A stretch of DNA of 64,000 nucleotides from Eledone cirrhosa (lineage: Eukaryota), in NCBI GenBank assembly GCA_964016885.1, contig OZ024742.1, positions 311,178,001 through 311,242,000 on the forward strand, given 5' to 3'. The notes beneath the pieces are model-generated. The model did no database searches, was not told the origin of the DNA, and was given only the letters and a program-made list of their open reading frames with translations. Below, in pieces: positions 38,400 through 50,269 of this stretch. The translations under genes were made by a program, and so were the position numbers. Each line of letters begins with the position of its first letter. The stretch's first letter is position 1.

Positions 38400-40355
38400 C
38401 CTAACTTTAAGCTAAAACCGAACTTTAAAAATAACACTTACCCTAACACTTGCACTCACACATGCTCTAACAGTGAACTTAGCGCTAACATGAAAACTAA
38501 CACAAACACAAAATCTGAAAACTAACATTAAATAGAAAACTAACACAAACACTAACCTGAACACTAACACTAAAACTGACACTAACACTAACCTGAACAC
38601 CAGCACTAAAACTAACACTACCGTAAACACTAATACAAACACTAACACTAACCTGAACACTTACACAAAAACTAACATTAGCACAAACATTAGCCTGAAC
38701 ACTAGCACTAAAACTAACACTATCATAAACACTAACACTAAAAGTAACACTAACACAAACACTAATCTGAAAAACTGATACTAACCAGAAAACTAAGGTA
38801 ACATTAACTTCAACACTAAAACAAACACTAACGCTAACAGAGATACTAACAGAAATATTAACACAAAAAAAATCACTAACACAATCTCTAACACTAAACT
38901 CAACACTAACACTAAAACTAACATTAACTTGAACACTAACTCTAACCTGAAAACTAAGCTAACATTGACCTGAACACTAACATAAACACTAATGCTAACA
39001 CTAACACAATCTCTAACACTAAAACTAACATTAACTTGAACACTAACACTAACCTGAAAACTAAGCTAACATTAACCTGAACACTATCACAAACACTCAT
39101 GCTAACACTAACAGAAATACTAATGCTAACATTAACACAATAACAAAGACTAATGCTAACACAATCACTAACACTAACCTGAACACTTACACTAAAACTA
39201 ACATTAACCTAAACTCTAGCACTAAAACTAACACTACCATAAACAGTAACACAAACACTAACACTGATCTGAGCACTAACAGTAACACTAACACTACCAT
39301 AAAAACTAACACTAGAAAAACACTAACACTAAAACTAACACGAAAACTCATACTAACCAGAAAACTAAGCTAACATTAACCTCAACACTAAAACAAACAC
39401 TAACATTAACAGAAAAACAAAGACTAGCACTAACACTAATGGAAACACTAACACTAACACTACCGTAAACACTAACACTAACCTGAACACTAACACTAAA
39501 ACTGACATTAACACGAACATTAACCTGAACACTAACACTACCACTAAAACTAACACTACCATAAACCACTAACCTGAGCACTAACACTAAAAGTAACACG
39601 AGCCCTAACCTGAAAACTAACACTAACCAGAAAACTAAGTCAACATTAACCTGAACACTAACACAAACACTAACACTAATGCCAACGCTGACACTGACGA
39701 AGATGGCTATGCTGGCACAAAAGCTAGCGCAAATGTTGACACAATCGCTTACGCTGACACAAACACTAACGTGAATACTGATGCAGGTGCAAAGGCGAAT
39801 GCTGACAAAAACTCTGACACACACGCTGATGTAAATGCTACACAGACTCTAACACTGACACAAATGCTCACGCTGATGCAAACACTAAAGCAAATGCAGA
39901 CACTAATGCAAACACAGACGCAAATGTTGATGCAGATGTTAAAGCAAACGCAAACGATGACAGCGATGCTAATGTGAACCTTAACGCAGACGTAAACATT
40001 GACGTAGAAGCTAAAGGAAACACTGATGCAAACACTAATGAAAATGCTGACGCAGACGCTGACACAGACGCTAACACACGTTAACACAGATGCTAACGTA
40101 AACACTGACGCAGATGCTAATATAAACACTGATGCAGATGCTAACATAAACGCTGACACAGATGCTAACACGCGTTGACACAGACGCTAACGTAAACAAT
40201 GACGCAGACGCTAACAGTAACGCAAACAGTAACTGTAAGAGTAACAGTTACAGTAACACTAACAGTGACAGTAGTGCTAACAGTAACACAGTCACTAACA
40301 ATAAACTTACCATTAACAGTAAAACTTACCTTAACACCAACCCTAAATCTAACAT
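38400..40355. repeat. Degenerate hexamer array (ACACTA)n grading into (ACGCTG/ACGCAG)n
   Basis: Direct inspection; 6-bp periodicity throughout. Confidence 0.9.
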
Positions 40356-40499
40356 TAATCCAGAGAAAAAAGTCATTTGCAATCACATTTAAGGTCACTC
40401 TTTAAGATATAGAAGATAGGCATTACATTTTAATGATTTTAATTTAAAGAGAATCACGCTATACGATGCAACACAATAACACACCACACCACACTAACC

Positions 40500-41990
40500 T
40501 ACACTACACCAAACCAGATTATACCATACCTTGGTAAATTTATGATAGGTTTCCATGTTATAACTACACCAAACTAAACCATTTTTTTTTCTGTGTGTGT
40601 GTGTGCTTACCACCCAATCTGATATCAAAGGTGCTCACAAATGACTATTTTTTTACACATTATCAATGTATATAACATGGAAACCTATCATTTGGAATAG
40701 GTTCCCATGTCATAACTACAACAATCCAAACCACACCATAACAAACTACACCATTCTACATCACACCATGCTTTTGATCTCAGTGTGAAAAATTTCTTCC
40801 TGTTTCTTTTTTTTTTTGTGTGTGTGTTCTTACTACCCAATCTGACATCAAAGGTGCTGCAATTGACTATTTTTTGCACATATTATCAATAATTATGACA
40901 TGGAAAACTGTCTAAAATGACTAGCTTTGTAGAAAAAAGAGGGAGGATGTGGGTGGAAATACCATTTACAAAGCTAGTCATTTTTTATTGCAGTGGAAGT
41001 GATATTTTTTGTTAATATGCTAAAAGCATAGTCCACTGCGAGCTTCTTGGAAGTTGATAGCACATGCAAAAAAAAAGGAAAAAATTTTTTTCTAACATAA
41101 ATCAAAGTGGAAATTTAAATCCTCACTTATAACAAAGCACACCACAGCACATTAATCTACCCCAATCTACACCATATACTTCAACATATCCATACTTCAC
41201 TATATGGTAAATTTATTACCAAACACCTACTCCTACCATTTACATCACACCATGGTAAGGAGATCAATGTGACAAATTTGCTACCTGCTTTCTTTTTTTT
41301 TGTGGTTATCACCTCAAACTAACATCAAAGGTGCTTGCAAATGACTATTTCCCCACACATTATCAATGAATATGACATGGGAATCTATCGTTTACAATTG
41401 GTTTCCATTTCATAACTTCACCAAACCAAACCAAACCAAACCTCACCATACCAAGTTACACCATACTACATCACACCAAGCTATTGATCTTGGTGTGAAA
41501 CATTTTTTTCCCATTTCCTTTTTTTTTTTTCTGTGTGCTTACCACCCAATCTGACATTAAAGGTGCTCCCAATTTACTTTTTTTTTTCACATATCAATAA
41601 TTATGACATGGAAACCTGTCGAAAATGACTATCTTTGTTGAAACTTCACCAAACCACACCATACTACATCACACCAAGCTATTGATTTTGGTGTGACAAA
41701 TTTTCATTTGGCATTTTTAATTTTTTTTATTTGGGTGCTTACCACCCAATTTGACATAAATGGTGCTTGCAAATTACTATTTTATGCACATATTATCAAT
41801 GGTTATGACATGGAAACCTGATGAAAATGACTAGCTTTGTAGAAAAAAGAGGGAGGATGTGGGTGGAAATACCATTTACAAAGCCAGTCATTTTTAATTG
41901 CAGTGGAAATCATATTTGTTGTTAATATGCTATAAATAATAGTCAATTGCAAGCATTTTGGAGGTCGGATTAGTTGATAGGACATAAAAA
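40500..41990. repeat. Degenerate complex repeat, five copies of an ~80-bp core
   Basis: ttaccacccaatctgacatcaaaggtgct..cacattatcaat..atgacatggaaac at ~40605, 40830, 41305, 41540, 41740. Confidence 0.75.
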
Positions 41991-42119
41991 AACAAAGGAA
42001 AACAAATATTGTCTATATGTTACTGTGGAAAGTCGGGTCTTCTGTATTACTGTGTGATGCCAGAGGTCATGGTCGTGTGTCATTGCCCTTGAGAGGTGCA
42101 ATTGGGAAAGGTCGGCTTA

Positions 42120-43062
42120 GAAATATTTACTTCTGCGTTCACAGATTGATTTTTTTTTAGTTTCAGAAGATCCCATTAAGGGTGAAAGCAGCCGATTCTT
42201 TGCTTAAACTTTAATCTGTTATTTTAATAAATATTTGCTCTATGGTTCTTATATATTTGATATATATTTATCCTTATCGAGACCTCTTTGGATGTTAGTC
42301 TGCAAACTTATTATTATTACTATTTGGCTCCCTTGATTGAGTACTCTATTGACTTATATTCATCATGCAGAAACAACATCTGAATATTTCTACAAAGAGC
42401 ATACCCGTACCAAGCAGGAAGAAATACCTAAAACTACGTCTCCACGAACCAAAGTATCGCCTTCCTGTCTTCTTTCGGTTGCAACGTTTTTCGAAATATT
42501 TACTTCTGCTTTCACAGATTGATTTTTTTTAGTTTCAGAAGATCCCATTAAGGGTGAAAGCAGCCGATTCTTTGCTTAAACTTTAATCTGTTATTTTAAT
42601 AAATATTTGCTCTACGGTTCTTATATATTTGATATATATTTATCCTTATCGAGCCATCTTTGGATGTTAGTCTTCAAATTTATTATTATTACTATTTGGC
42701 TCCCTTGACTGAGTACTCTTTTGACTTATATTCATCATGCAGAAACATCTGAATATTTCTACAAAGAACATACCCGTACCAAGCAGGAAGGAATACCTAA
42801 AACTACGTCTCCACGAACCAAAGTATCGTCTAACTGTCTTCCTTCGTTTGCAACGTTTTTCGAAATATTTACTTCTGCGTTCACAGATTGATTTTTTTTT
42901 AGTTTCAGAAGATCCCATTAAGGGTGAAAGCAGCCGATTCTTTGCTTAAACTTTAATCTGTTATTTTAATAAATATTTGCTCTACGGTTCTTATATAATT
43001 GATATATATTTATCCCTATCGAGCCCTCTTTGGATTTTAGTCTTCATATGTATTATTATTAC
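42120..43062 (+). mobile_element. Tandem ~370-bp Penelope-like terminal repeat array (~2.5 units), one hammerhead motif per unit
   Basis: Periods 372 and 370; unit contains MQKHLNISTKNIPVPSRKEYLKL, resembling a PLE ORF N-terminus. Confidence 0.75.
42159..42210 (+). ncRNA. Type I hammerhead-like ribozyme, U4A core variant (identical copies 42531-42582, 42901-42952)
   Basis: agttt-CAGAAGA-tccc attaa gggt-GAAA-gca(gccgattctt)tgc-TT-aaact. Confidence 0.65.
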
Positions 43063-43120
43063 TATATATATATATATATATATATAAGTTAAAAGAATAG
43101 AGGTGTAACACACAAGTTAT

Positions 43121-43515
43121 TATATATTGGTAAACGGAATAGAAAATGCTGACAAATTGTTCACAGTTGAAAAATGGTTTAATTAGGAATAAAAGAGTAT
43201 TAGTGATTGTATGGGTTAGTATTCAGTTGTGGTTTTAAGTTTTTAAGTTTTTACCGGTTGCGCATTTCTAAATGCTTTTCAAAAATAATTTTGAGATAGA
43301 GTGTCCGTGCTGTTTGCTCTGATCTGGAGCAAACAGCACGGACACTCTATCTCAAAATTATTTTTGAAAAGCATTTAGAAATGCGCAACCGGTAAAAACT
43401 TAAAAACTTAAAACCACAACTGAATACTAACCCATACAATCACTAATACTCTTTTATTCCTAATTAAACCATTTTTCAACTGTGAACAATTTGTCAGCAT
43501 TTTCTATTCCGTTTA

Positions 43516-43525
<10 letters not shown>
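43121..43525. repeat. Perfect palindrome, 199-bp arms, 7-bp spacer (inverted Penelope-like terminal repeat)
   Basis: 43121-43319 equals the reverse complement of 43327-43525; flanked by (TA)n. Confidence 0.9.
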
Positions 43526-43561
<36 letters not shown>

Positions 43562-43654
43562 TGTGTGTGTATATATTAGTTTATATATGTGTGTGTGTAT
43601 ATATTAGTTTATATATATGTGTGTATATATATATATATATATTTATACATATTG

Positions 43655-44003
43655 AGAGCATTGGCCTTGCAATCGAAAGGTTGTGAGTTCAATTCTCACA
43701 CCGGGTGATGTGTTGTTTCCTTGAGCAAGACACTTTATTTCACATTGCTCCAGTTTACTCAGCTATAGACTGGGGTCCCTATCATTCCACTGCAAAGTGG
43801 TCGTTGAGGTGCCACGGCAAAAAAGCACCCAGCCCACACTGTAAAGTGGATGTGGAGGTGCCACGGGAAAAAAGCACCCAGCACTCACTGTAAATGAGGT
43901 TGGTGTTAGGAAGGGCATCCAGCTGTAGAAATCAAACCAGAATCAGTTCCCATCCCACCCTTGCAAGCAGGGAAAAAGTGGACGTAAAATGAAATGATGA
44001 TGA
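43655..44003 (+). mobile_element. tRNA-derived SINE with RTE tail
   Basis: Same family as 5901-6228. Confidence 0.8.
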
Positions 44004-44004
44004 A

Positions 44005-44340
44005 TGCTCCCAGCTGTGGTCACCCCATAGTATCAAACTAACCATGGAGCTTGAAGCAATCCAATGAAGCTACACCAAGGAGGTTGCCACGATGAAGGAG
44101 ATAAACTACTGGGAGAGTCTAAAAGAACTGAAACTCTACTCCTCGGAATGAAGATGGGAGAGATATGCAATGATATACATATGGAAAATCTTGGGGGGAC
44201 TAAGACCAAACTTTTGCATTGAGAACTGGACCAATTCTCGAACAGGACATCACTGTGTGGTACCAAAGGTCCCGTCTTCCACATCTAGAATCAGGAGCAG
44301 CTATTGCAATAGCCTGGGGTTCAAAGGCCCTCAACTTGGT
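44005..44340 (+). mobile_element. CR1/L2-like LINE fragment
   Basis: YWESLKELKLYS..ERYAMIYIWKIL; same family as 50270-50880. Confidence 0.75.
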
Positions 44341-44409
44341 TTTCAAAATTTAAATTTGTGTTTCCTATTCATCAATGCTTCAAGCCAGCTATAAAACTCT
44401 GTTATATTT

Positions 44410-44787
44410 CATCATCATCATTTTATGTCAGTTCTACGCTAGCATGGGTTGTCCTGTTGTGGGCAGTGTCCGGTCGGCTGACCTTGTCTTGCTCATATGG
44501 GAACTGATTCTGTCTTGATTTCTAAAACTGGATGCCCTTCCTAACACCAACCTCATTTACAGTGAGTGTTGGGTGTTTTTTTTTTTTGCCGTGGCACCTA
44601 CACGACCACTTTGCAGTGGAATGATAGGGACCTCAGTCCTATCATCTCATTTCTACAGCTGAGTAAACTGGAGCAATGTGAAATAAAGTGTCTTGCTCAA
44701 GGAAACAACACATCACCTGGTCCGAGAATTAAACTCACAACCTTTCAATTGCAAGCCCAATGCTCTAACCACTGAGCCATGTGCCTT
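44410..44787 (-). mobile_element. tRNA-derived SINE with RTE tail
   Basis: Same family as 5901-6228. Confidence 0.8.
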
Positions 44788-44789
44788 CT

Positions 44790-45770
44790 ATTGTTGGCAA
44801 TGTTAGGTCAGGTGACCATGTCTTGCTCATAAAGAACTGATTTTGGCTTGGTTTCTACAGCTGGATGCCCTTCCTAATACCAAGCTCATTTACAGTGAGT
44901 ACTGGGTGTTTTTTGTTGTGATTCCTCCACGACTACTTTACAGTGTGGACTGGGTGTTTTTTACCGTGTCACCATCACGACCACTTTACAGTGTTTCGGC
45001 CTGTTCTCATGAAAGATATATTGGCGGGTGGGATGGAGTGGTGCATAATGTATGTATGTTTCAGCCTTAGCCTGGGCCCGTGGGAAGTTGGGGTTTCTGT
45101 ATTACCTCATAACGCTAGAGATCTTGGTCCTGTGTCATTGCCTTTCAGAGGTGCAATTGGGCAAGGTCGGCTTTTATCACTTCATCTCAAGTCTTTCTGG
45201 GACTTTATGTAGCTGTCATCCTTCATACGAATCACATGTCCATACCAACATAATCTCCTCTCATGTACACATTTGATTCCTCTTATGCCTAGATTCTCTT
45301 TCAGTTTGTTTATGCTTTGCTGTTCGCGTATATTACTATTACACATCCATCGGAGCATACAAGCTTCATTCCTTTCTAATCTACGCAAGTCTTCTACACA
45401 CAGCACCCAGCTCTCACTACCATGCAACATTGCCGTTCATATGCACACATCATACAGTCTACCTTTTATTCTGAGGGAAAAGCCTTTTGTATCCAGCTGT
45501 GGCAGTAGCTCCCTCAACTTCTTCCATCCCGTTCTTTCAGAACACCCCCCTCCGCTGCTAATTCGATATTGTTTTTACCAAGTCCTCCCAGACTTTGATG
45601 TCACTTGTTTTCAGTGATTGTTTGCTGCTTACTGTCCTGGTGCAACTGCTACATGTAAAGCCTACATTCTTAACTAACCTTCCTGAGATCCCACTACATC
45701 TCTTGTGTACCCATAGTTTGCATATGGGGCAGAGGATGGAGTTTCTACCTACACCTCTCCTACATAATGA
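44790..45770 (-). mobile_element. Truncated, degenerate RTE copy including the PHD-like segment
   Basis: CSLCRRGVGRNSILCPICKLWVHKRCSG; MLHGSESW..ERNEACMLRWMC. Confidence 0.85.
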
Positions 45771-45821
45771 GCACACACACACACACATATATATATACAC
45801 ACACTCACATATATATATATA

Positions 45822-46535
45822 CTAGCCGAATTACCAGCGCCTTGCTGCGTTTCACACATTTTTTTTGTAAGAAAATGATGATTGATTTTAAATCAGTGAT
45901 ATAATTTATGGAGACAAACTCAATATTACTCAATGTAAAATATAATGCATGAAAAATTGGAAAACATCATTTTTTGTAATATATCAAATCAAAATTGCAT
46001 TATTAAATCTTATTCTTATTTTGTTTCTTGTAAATAATTTTTTTCAAAATATCAATTGAAAACTTTTGTGAATAGGCATCATATCTTGTCATTTACCTAT
46101 GGTTTAAGTTTCATATAAATCGAAAGGGAAAAGTTTTCAGCGGGGGTTTGTACCCCGGGGAACCCTAATAGGGGGTTAACCACCATTAAGGTGTCTTATA
46201 GTATTGAAATTTTGTGAATAGGCATCATATCTCTTCATTTATCTATGGTTTAAATTGCATATAAATCAAAAGGAAAACATTTTCAGCAGGGGTTTGTGCC
46301 ACCGGTGAACCCTAATAGGGGGTTTAACCCCATTAGGATATATTAATTTTATTGAAATTTGCTGAATTTTTGTGAATAGGCATCATATCTTGTCATTTAC
46401 CTATGGTTTAAATTTCATAGTCTATCTCCAAAACCATAGGAGGAGTTCGTAAAATCTTGTTCCATTTATTGGCCAAACTTTTCATTATAGGGCGTTTAAC
46501 CCCCATTAGGGTGTCTTAATATTATTGAAATTTGC
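45822..46535 (-). mobile_element. Non-autonomous Helitron-like element with internal ~130-bp tandem repeats
   Basis: CTAG terminus with adjacent GC-rich hairpin-like segment; three ttgtgaataggcatcatatc units; 5' TC end not seen. Confidence 0.6.
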
Positions 46536-46559
46536 ACACACACATATATATATATATAT

Positions 46560-49500
46560 ATCATCATCATCATCATCATCAACGTTTAACGTCCGTGTTC
46601 CACGCTTGCATGGGTTTGGACGGGGGTAGTCCCACTTGAGGCAAGAGTGATTGTCTTGCTCGCATAGGACTGTCTGGCAGGTTTTCTACAGTTGGATGCC
46701 CTTCCTAACACCAACCACATTTACAGTGTGGGTCTGGGAGGTTTTTACCGTGTTGCCTACACGGCCACATTACAGCGTGGACTGTGTGTTTTTTTGTCGT
46801 GACACCTACACGATCTCATTTGTTTCGGCCTCGATGGCGCGGCACCAACATAACTTTACATAGAACGGGGTGGTGTGGATCGGGTGGGGGTGGTGGTGGT
46901 GGGACGGGGTGTATTTTGTTAGAGATGCCTACTGGCTGGAGTAGGTTTTACTATATATTTAGGTAAGGCGGGTCTTCTCTGTTACTGAGTACCGCCAAAG
47001 GTCTCGGTCCAGTGACATTGTCTTGGAGAGGTGTAAGTGTGTGATGTCGGAGTTTATCAGCTCGTCCCAGGTTTTTCTAGGTCTGCCTATTCCGTGACTA
47101 CCGTCTATCTTTATTGCCCTGCACTTTGTTATACAGCTATCGACTTTCATGCGCATCACGTGTCCATACCAACGTAGCCTTCTCTCGAGTAAACAACATC
47201 TGATCCCTCTTATCTCTAATTTTTTCCTTAGTTCGTTTATGCTTTGCCGTTCACGTATATTACTGTTACACATCCAGCGGAGCATGCAAGCTTCGTTCCT
47301 CTCTAGTCTGCGTATATCCTCTGCACACAATGCCCAGGTCTCACTGCCATGCAGCATTGCTGTTCGTATGCAGGCATCGTACAACCTGCCTTTCATTTTT
47401 AGTGAGAACCCTTTAGCAGCTAATAGTGGTATAAGCTCTCTGAACTTTTTCCAACCAGTTCTGACTCTAGCTACAGTACTTTCAGAGCACCCTCCCCCAC
47501 TGCTGATTTTATCGCCCAGGTAACGGAAGCTGTCCACTATTTCTATAGAACCCTCTGCGCAATTGAAAGAGCTAGTAGTTTGTGGGCACTTGCTGCTACT
47601 TATTGCACCAGAGCACCGGCCACATGTAAAATCTATGTTCTTAGTTAGCTTACCTGTGATCCCACTACATCTTTTATGCACCCATACTTTGCATTTAGGA
47701 CATAAAATGGAGTTTCTACCTACGCCTTTCCTACACACCGAGCACGACCATTTCCCAGAAGGGACCGCCGCCTTGTTTTCTTTCCTACAAACTAGTACTT
47801 TGGTCTTAGCCAGGTTAATTTTAAGTCCTTTTGACTCTAGGCCGTGCTTCCATGTTTGGAATTTCTTCTCTAGCTCGGCCATTGATTCCGCTATGAGTGT
47901 CAGGTCGTCTGCGTATAGGAGTTCCCATGGGCAGCCTGTCTTGAACTCCTCTGTTATAGCCTGAAGGGCAATAATAAATAGTAGTGGACTGAGAACAGAG
48001 CCCTGATGGACGCCAACTTTTACGCTAAACTCTTCACTATATTCGTTGTTAATTCTAACCTTGCTGACTGTTTCTTTATACATGGCTTGTATAGCCCTCA
48101 CAAGCCATTCGTCAACGCCTAGTTTTCTAAGAGCCCACCAGATAATGGAGCGGGGGACTCTGTCGAAGGCTTTCTCCAAGTCGACAAAAGCTAAGTAGAG
48201 GGGTTTACCTTTAGCTAGGTACTTCTCCTGTAGTTGTCGTACTATGAAAAGAGCGTCTGTGGTACTTTTGCCTGACACAAACCCGAACTGCATTTCATCT
48301 AGGTCAATTCTCTCTCTGATTAGTTGCGCTATTACTTTTTCCGTGACCTTCATGACCTGGTCGATTAATTTAATGCCTCTATAGTTACTCCTATCTAGGG
48401 CGTCTCCTTTACCCTTATAACAGTTAACGATGATGCTGCTATGCCAGTCCTTCGGAACAACCCCATTCTGTACGACTTGGTTAACTATGCGGGTGACCAT
48501 GGTGTGTCCCACCGTGCCAGATGCCTTCAGCATCTCAGCAACTATTTCCGAAGGCCCAGCCGCCTTACCAGTCTTCATATCCTTGATTGCCTTACTTATT
48601 ATACTCCCCTCGACTAACACTGCTGGTCCCTCTATTGGGTCGATATGGGGGAGACTGCCTTTCTCCCAATTATTCTCCTCATTTAGTAGCCTTTCATAGT
48701 GACACTTCCAAGCTACCTTCTTATCAGCGTCGGTGATGGCAAGTGTGCCATCGTCGTTTAGTACACACTTCTCCCCGACAATATCACGGTTTTCCTTGAC
48801 GCATTGCCTAGCAATCCTGAACACCTCACGTTTTTGGTCATCGCGTTGTAGAACATGCTTGAACTTTCTTTCCTCAGCTTCCCTTCTTGCTAAGTACACT
48901 TGTCTCCTAGCTTCCCTCCTGGCCACTTGATAGTCCTCTCTACTTCCCCCATCCCGCCATACTTTCCAAGCCTGCTTTTTGGCCTTAATTGACCCCTCCA
49001 CCTTACTGTTCCACCACCATGTTACTCTCCTCCTGCCTACAGGCCTGCTCCAGCCACAGACTTCGTCTGTCGCCAACAGCAGGTTTGCTTTCAGAAATTC
49101 CCACTCTCCCTCTATATTGTCCGACTCTAAATGTTCTTCCTTACTGTCGAAAGCATCAAGTAATATGCTTTGAAATTTATTCCTGGCTGTGGGGTCCTTT
49201 AGCTTCCATATTTTCCTCCTGAGGATAGTCCTCTTCTGTTGTCGAGTACGTCTCGTCCTGACTATGAGGTCGCTAATTATCAGTCTATGTTGGGAGGTGC
49301 ATTCTTCATGGGGGAGGGATTTAGTGTTTACAACAGACACTCTGTCACGTCTTCTGGTAAGGATATAATCTACCTGGCTTGTGTGTTCCCCGGATCTATA
49401 GGTGATCAGGTGATTGTCACGTTTTTTGAAGTTAGTGTTACAGATAGTTAGGTTATTTGCATCACAGAATTCCAGGATTCTGGAGCCTTCCTCATTTCTA

Positions 49501-49828
49501 GTACCAAACCCATAGCCTCCATGGATTTCGTCGTAGCCGTCACAATGTTGTCCAACGTGACCATTTAGGTCGCCTGCGATAATTATATAGTCACTGTTGG
49601 ATATTTGGGAGGTAGTTAGCATCAGTGTCTCATAGAATCTGTCTTTTATAGTGTCGGGCAGTCCGGATTGGGGTGCGTACGCAGATATTACTGTCACCGT
49701 AGTTCTATTGAGGACAAGTCGTATTTTAATTATTCTGTCGTTCACTCTATTTACGTCTATTATCTTATCTGCCCACTTTTCTGCTACCATGATTCCTACT
49801 CCACCCAGCCCATCGTCGTTTCCCACCC
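46560..49828 (-). mobile_element. RTE-clade LINE, 5'-truncated, uninterrupted ~955-codon frame (APE endonuclease part, RT, PHD-like finger), 3' UTR and (GAT)n tail
   Basis: GVGI, ISAYAPQ, GDLNGHVG, SQVDYIL, SQHRL (APE); FVDLEKAFD, GVHQGSVLSPLLF, LLYADD (RT); frame open 49828-46959. Confidence 0.95.
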
Positions 49829-49850
49829 ATATATATATATATACAAACAT

Positions 49851-49881
<31 letters not shown>

Positions 49882-49961
49882 CACAAACACACACACACAC
49901 ATATATATATACACACAAACACACACACATATATATACACAAACACACACACATATTTATA

Positions 49962-50205
49962 TCTTTTAGCAGAGCATTTTAATATTGCCACTCAATGAAA
50001 ACCCTTTGTTTGGAATAAATGAATCTTAAAAATTAGGAGTGCCTGTCAGTGTGTATGTGTTTGACTACTTAGCATCAATTTACTACCCTCCCCTACCACC
50101 AGAAAATGTATAAATACCACCATATTACATTGACAGTCGGATTTTCTGATGATTTCCTCCGAATGAAACAGTTCTAGTCCTGTTGAAACCATTTCTATAT
50201 TAAAT
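49962..50205 (+). mobile_element. Penelope-like 3' end/pLTR fragment
   Basis: Decayed GIY-YIG C-terminus-like text (AEHF...GINES*), TATA-like gtataaata, hammerhead motif, flanked by (TA)n. Confidence 0.55.
50142..50188 (+). ncRNA. Type I hammerhead ribozyme motif with canonical core
   Basis: tttt-CTGATGA-tttc ctcc gaat-GAAA-cag(ttctagtc)ctg-TT-gaaa; GUU cleavage triplet. Confidence 0.7.
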
Positions 50206-50269
50206 ATATATATATACTCATTTAGCTGTTACATGCCATCCGGCTGAGACCATGATTGGGCACTGCCCT

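Noticed and set aside
49829-49991. N-terminal ~55 aa of the 1010-aa ORF
   Set aside because: Read-through of a (TA)/(TG) microsatellite; the RTE is 5'-truncated and lacks its true start
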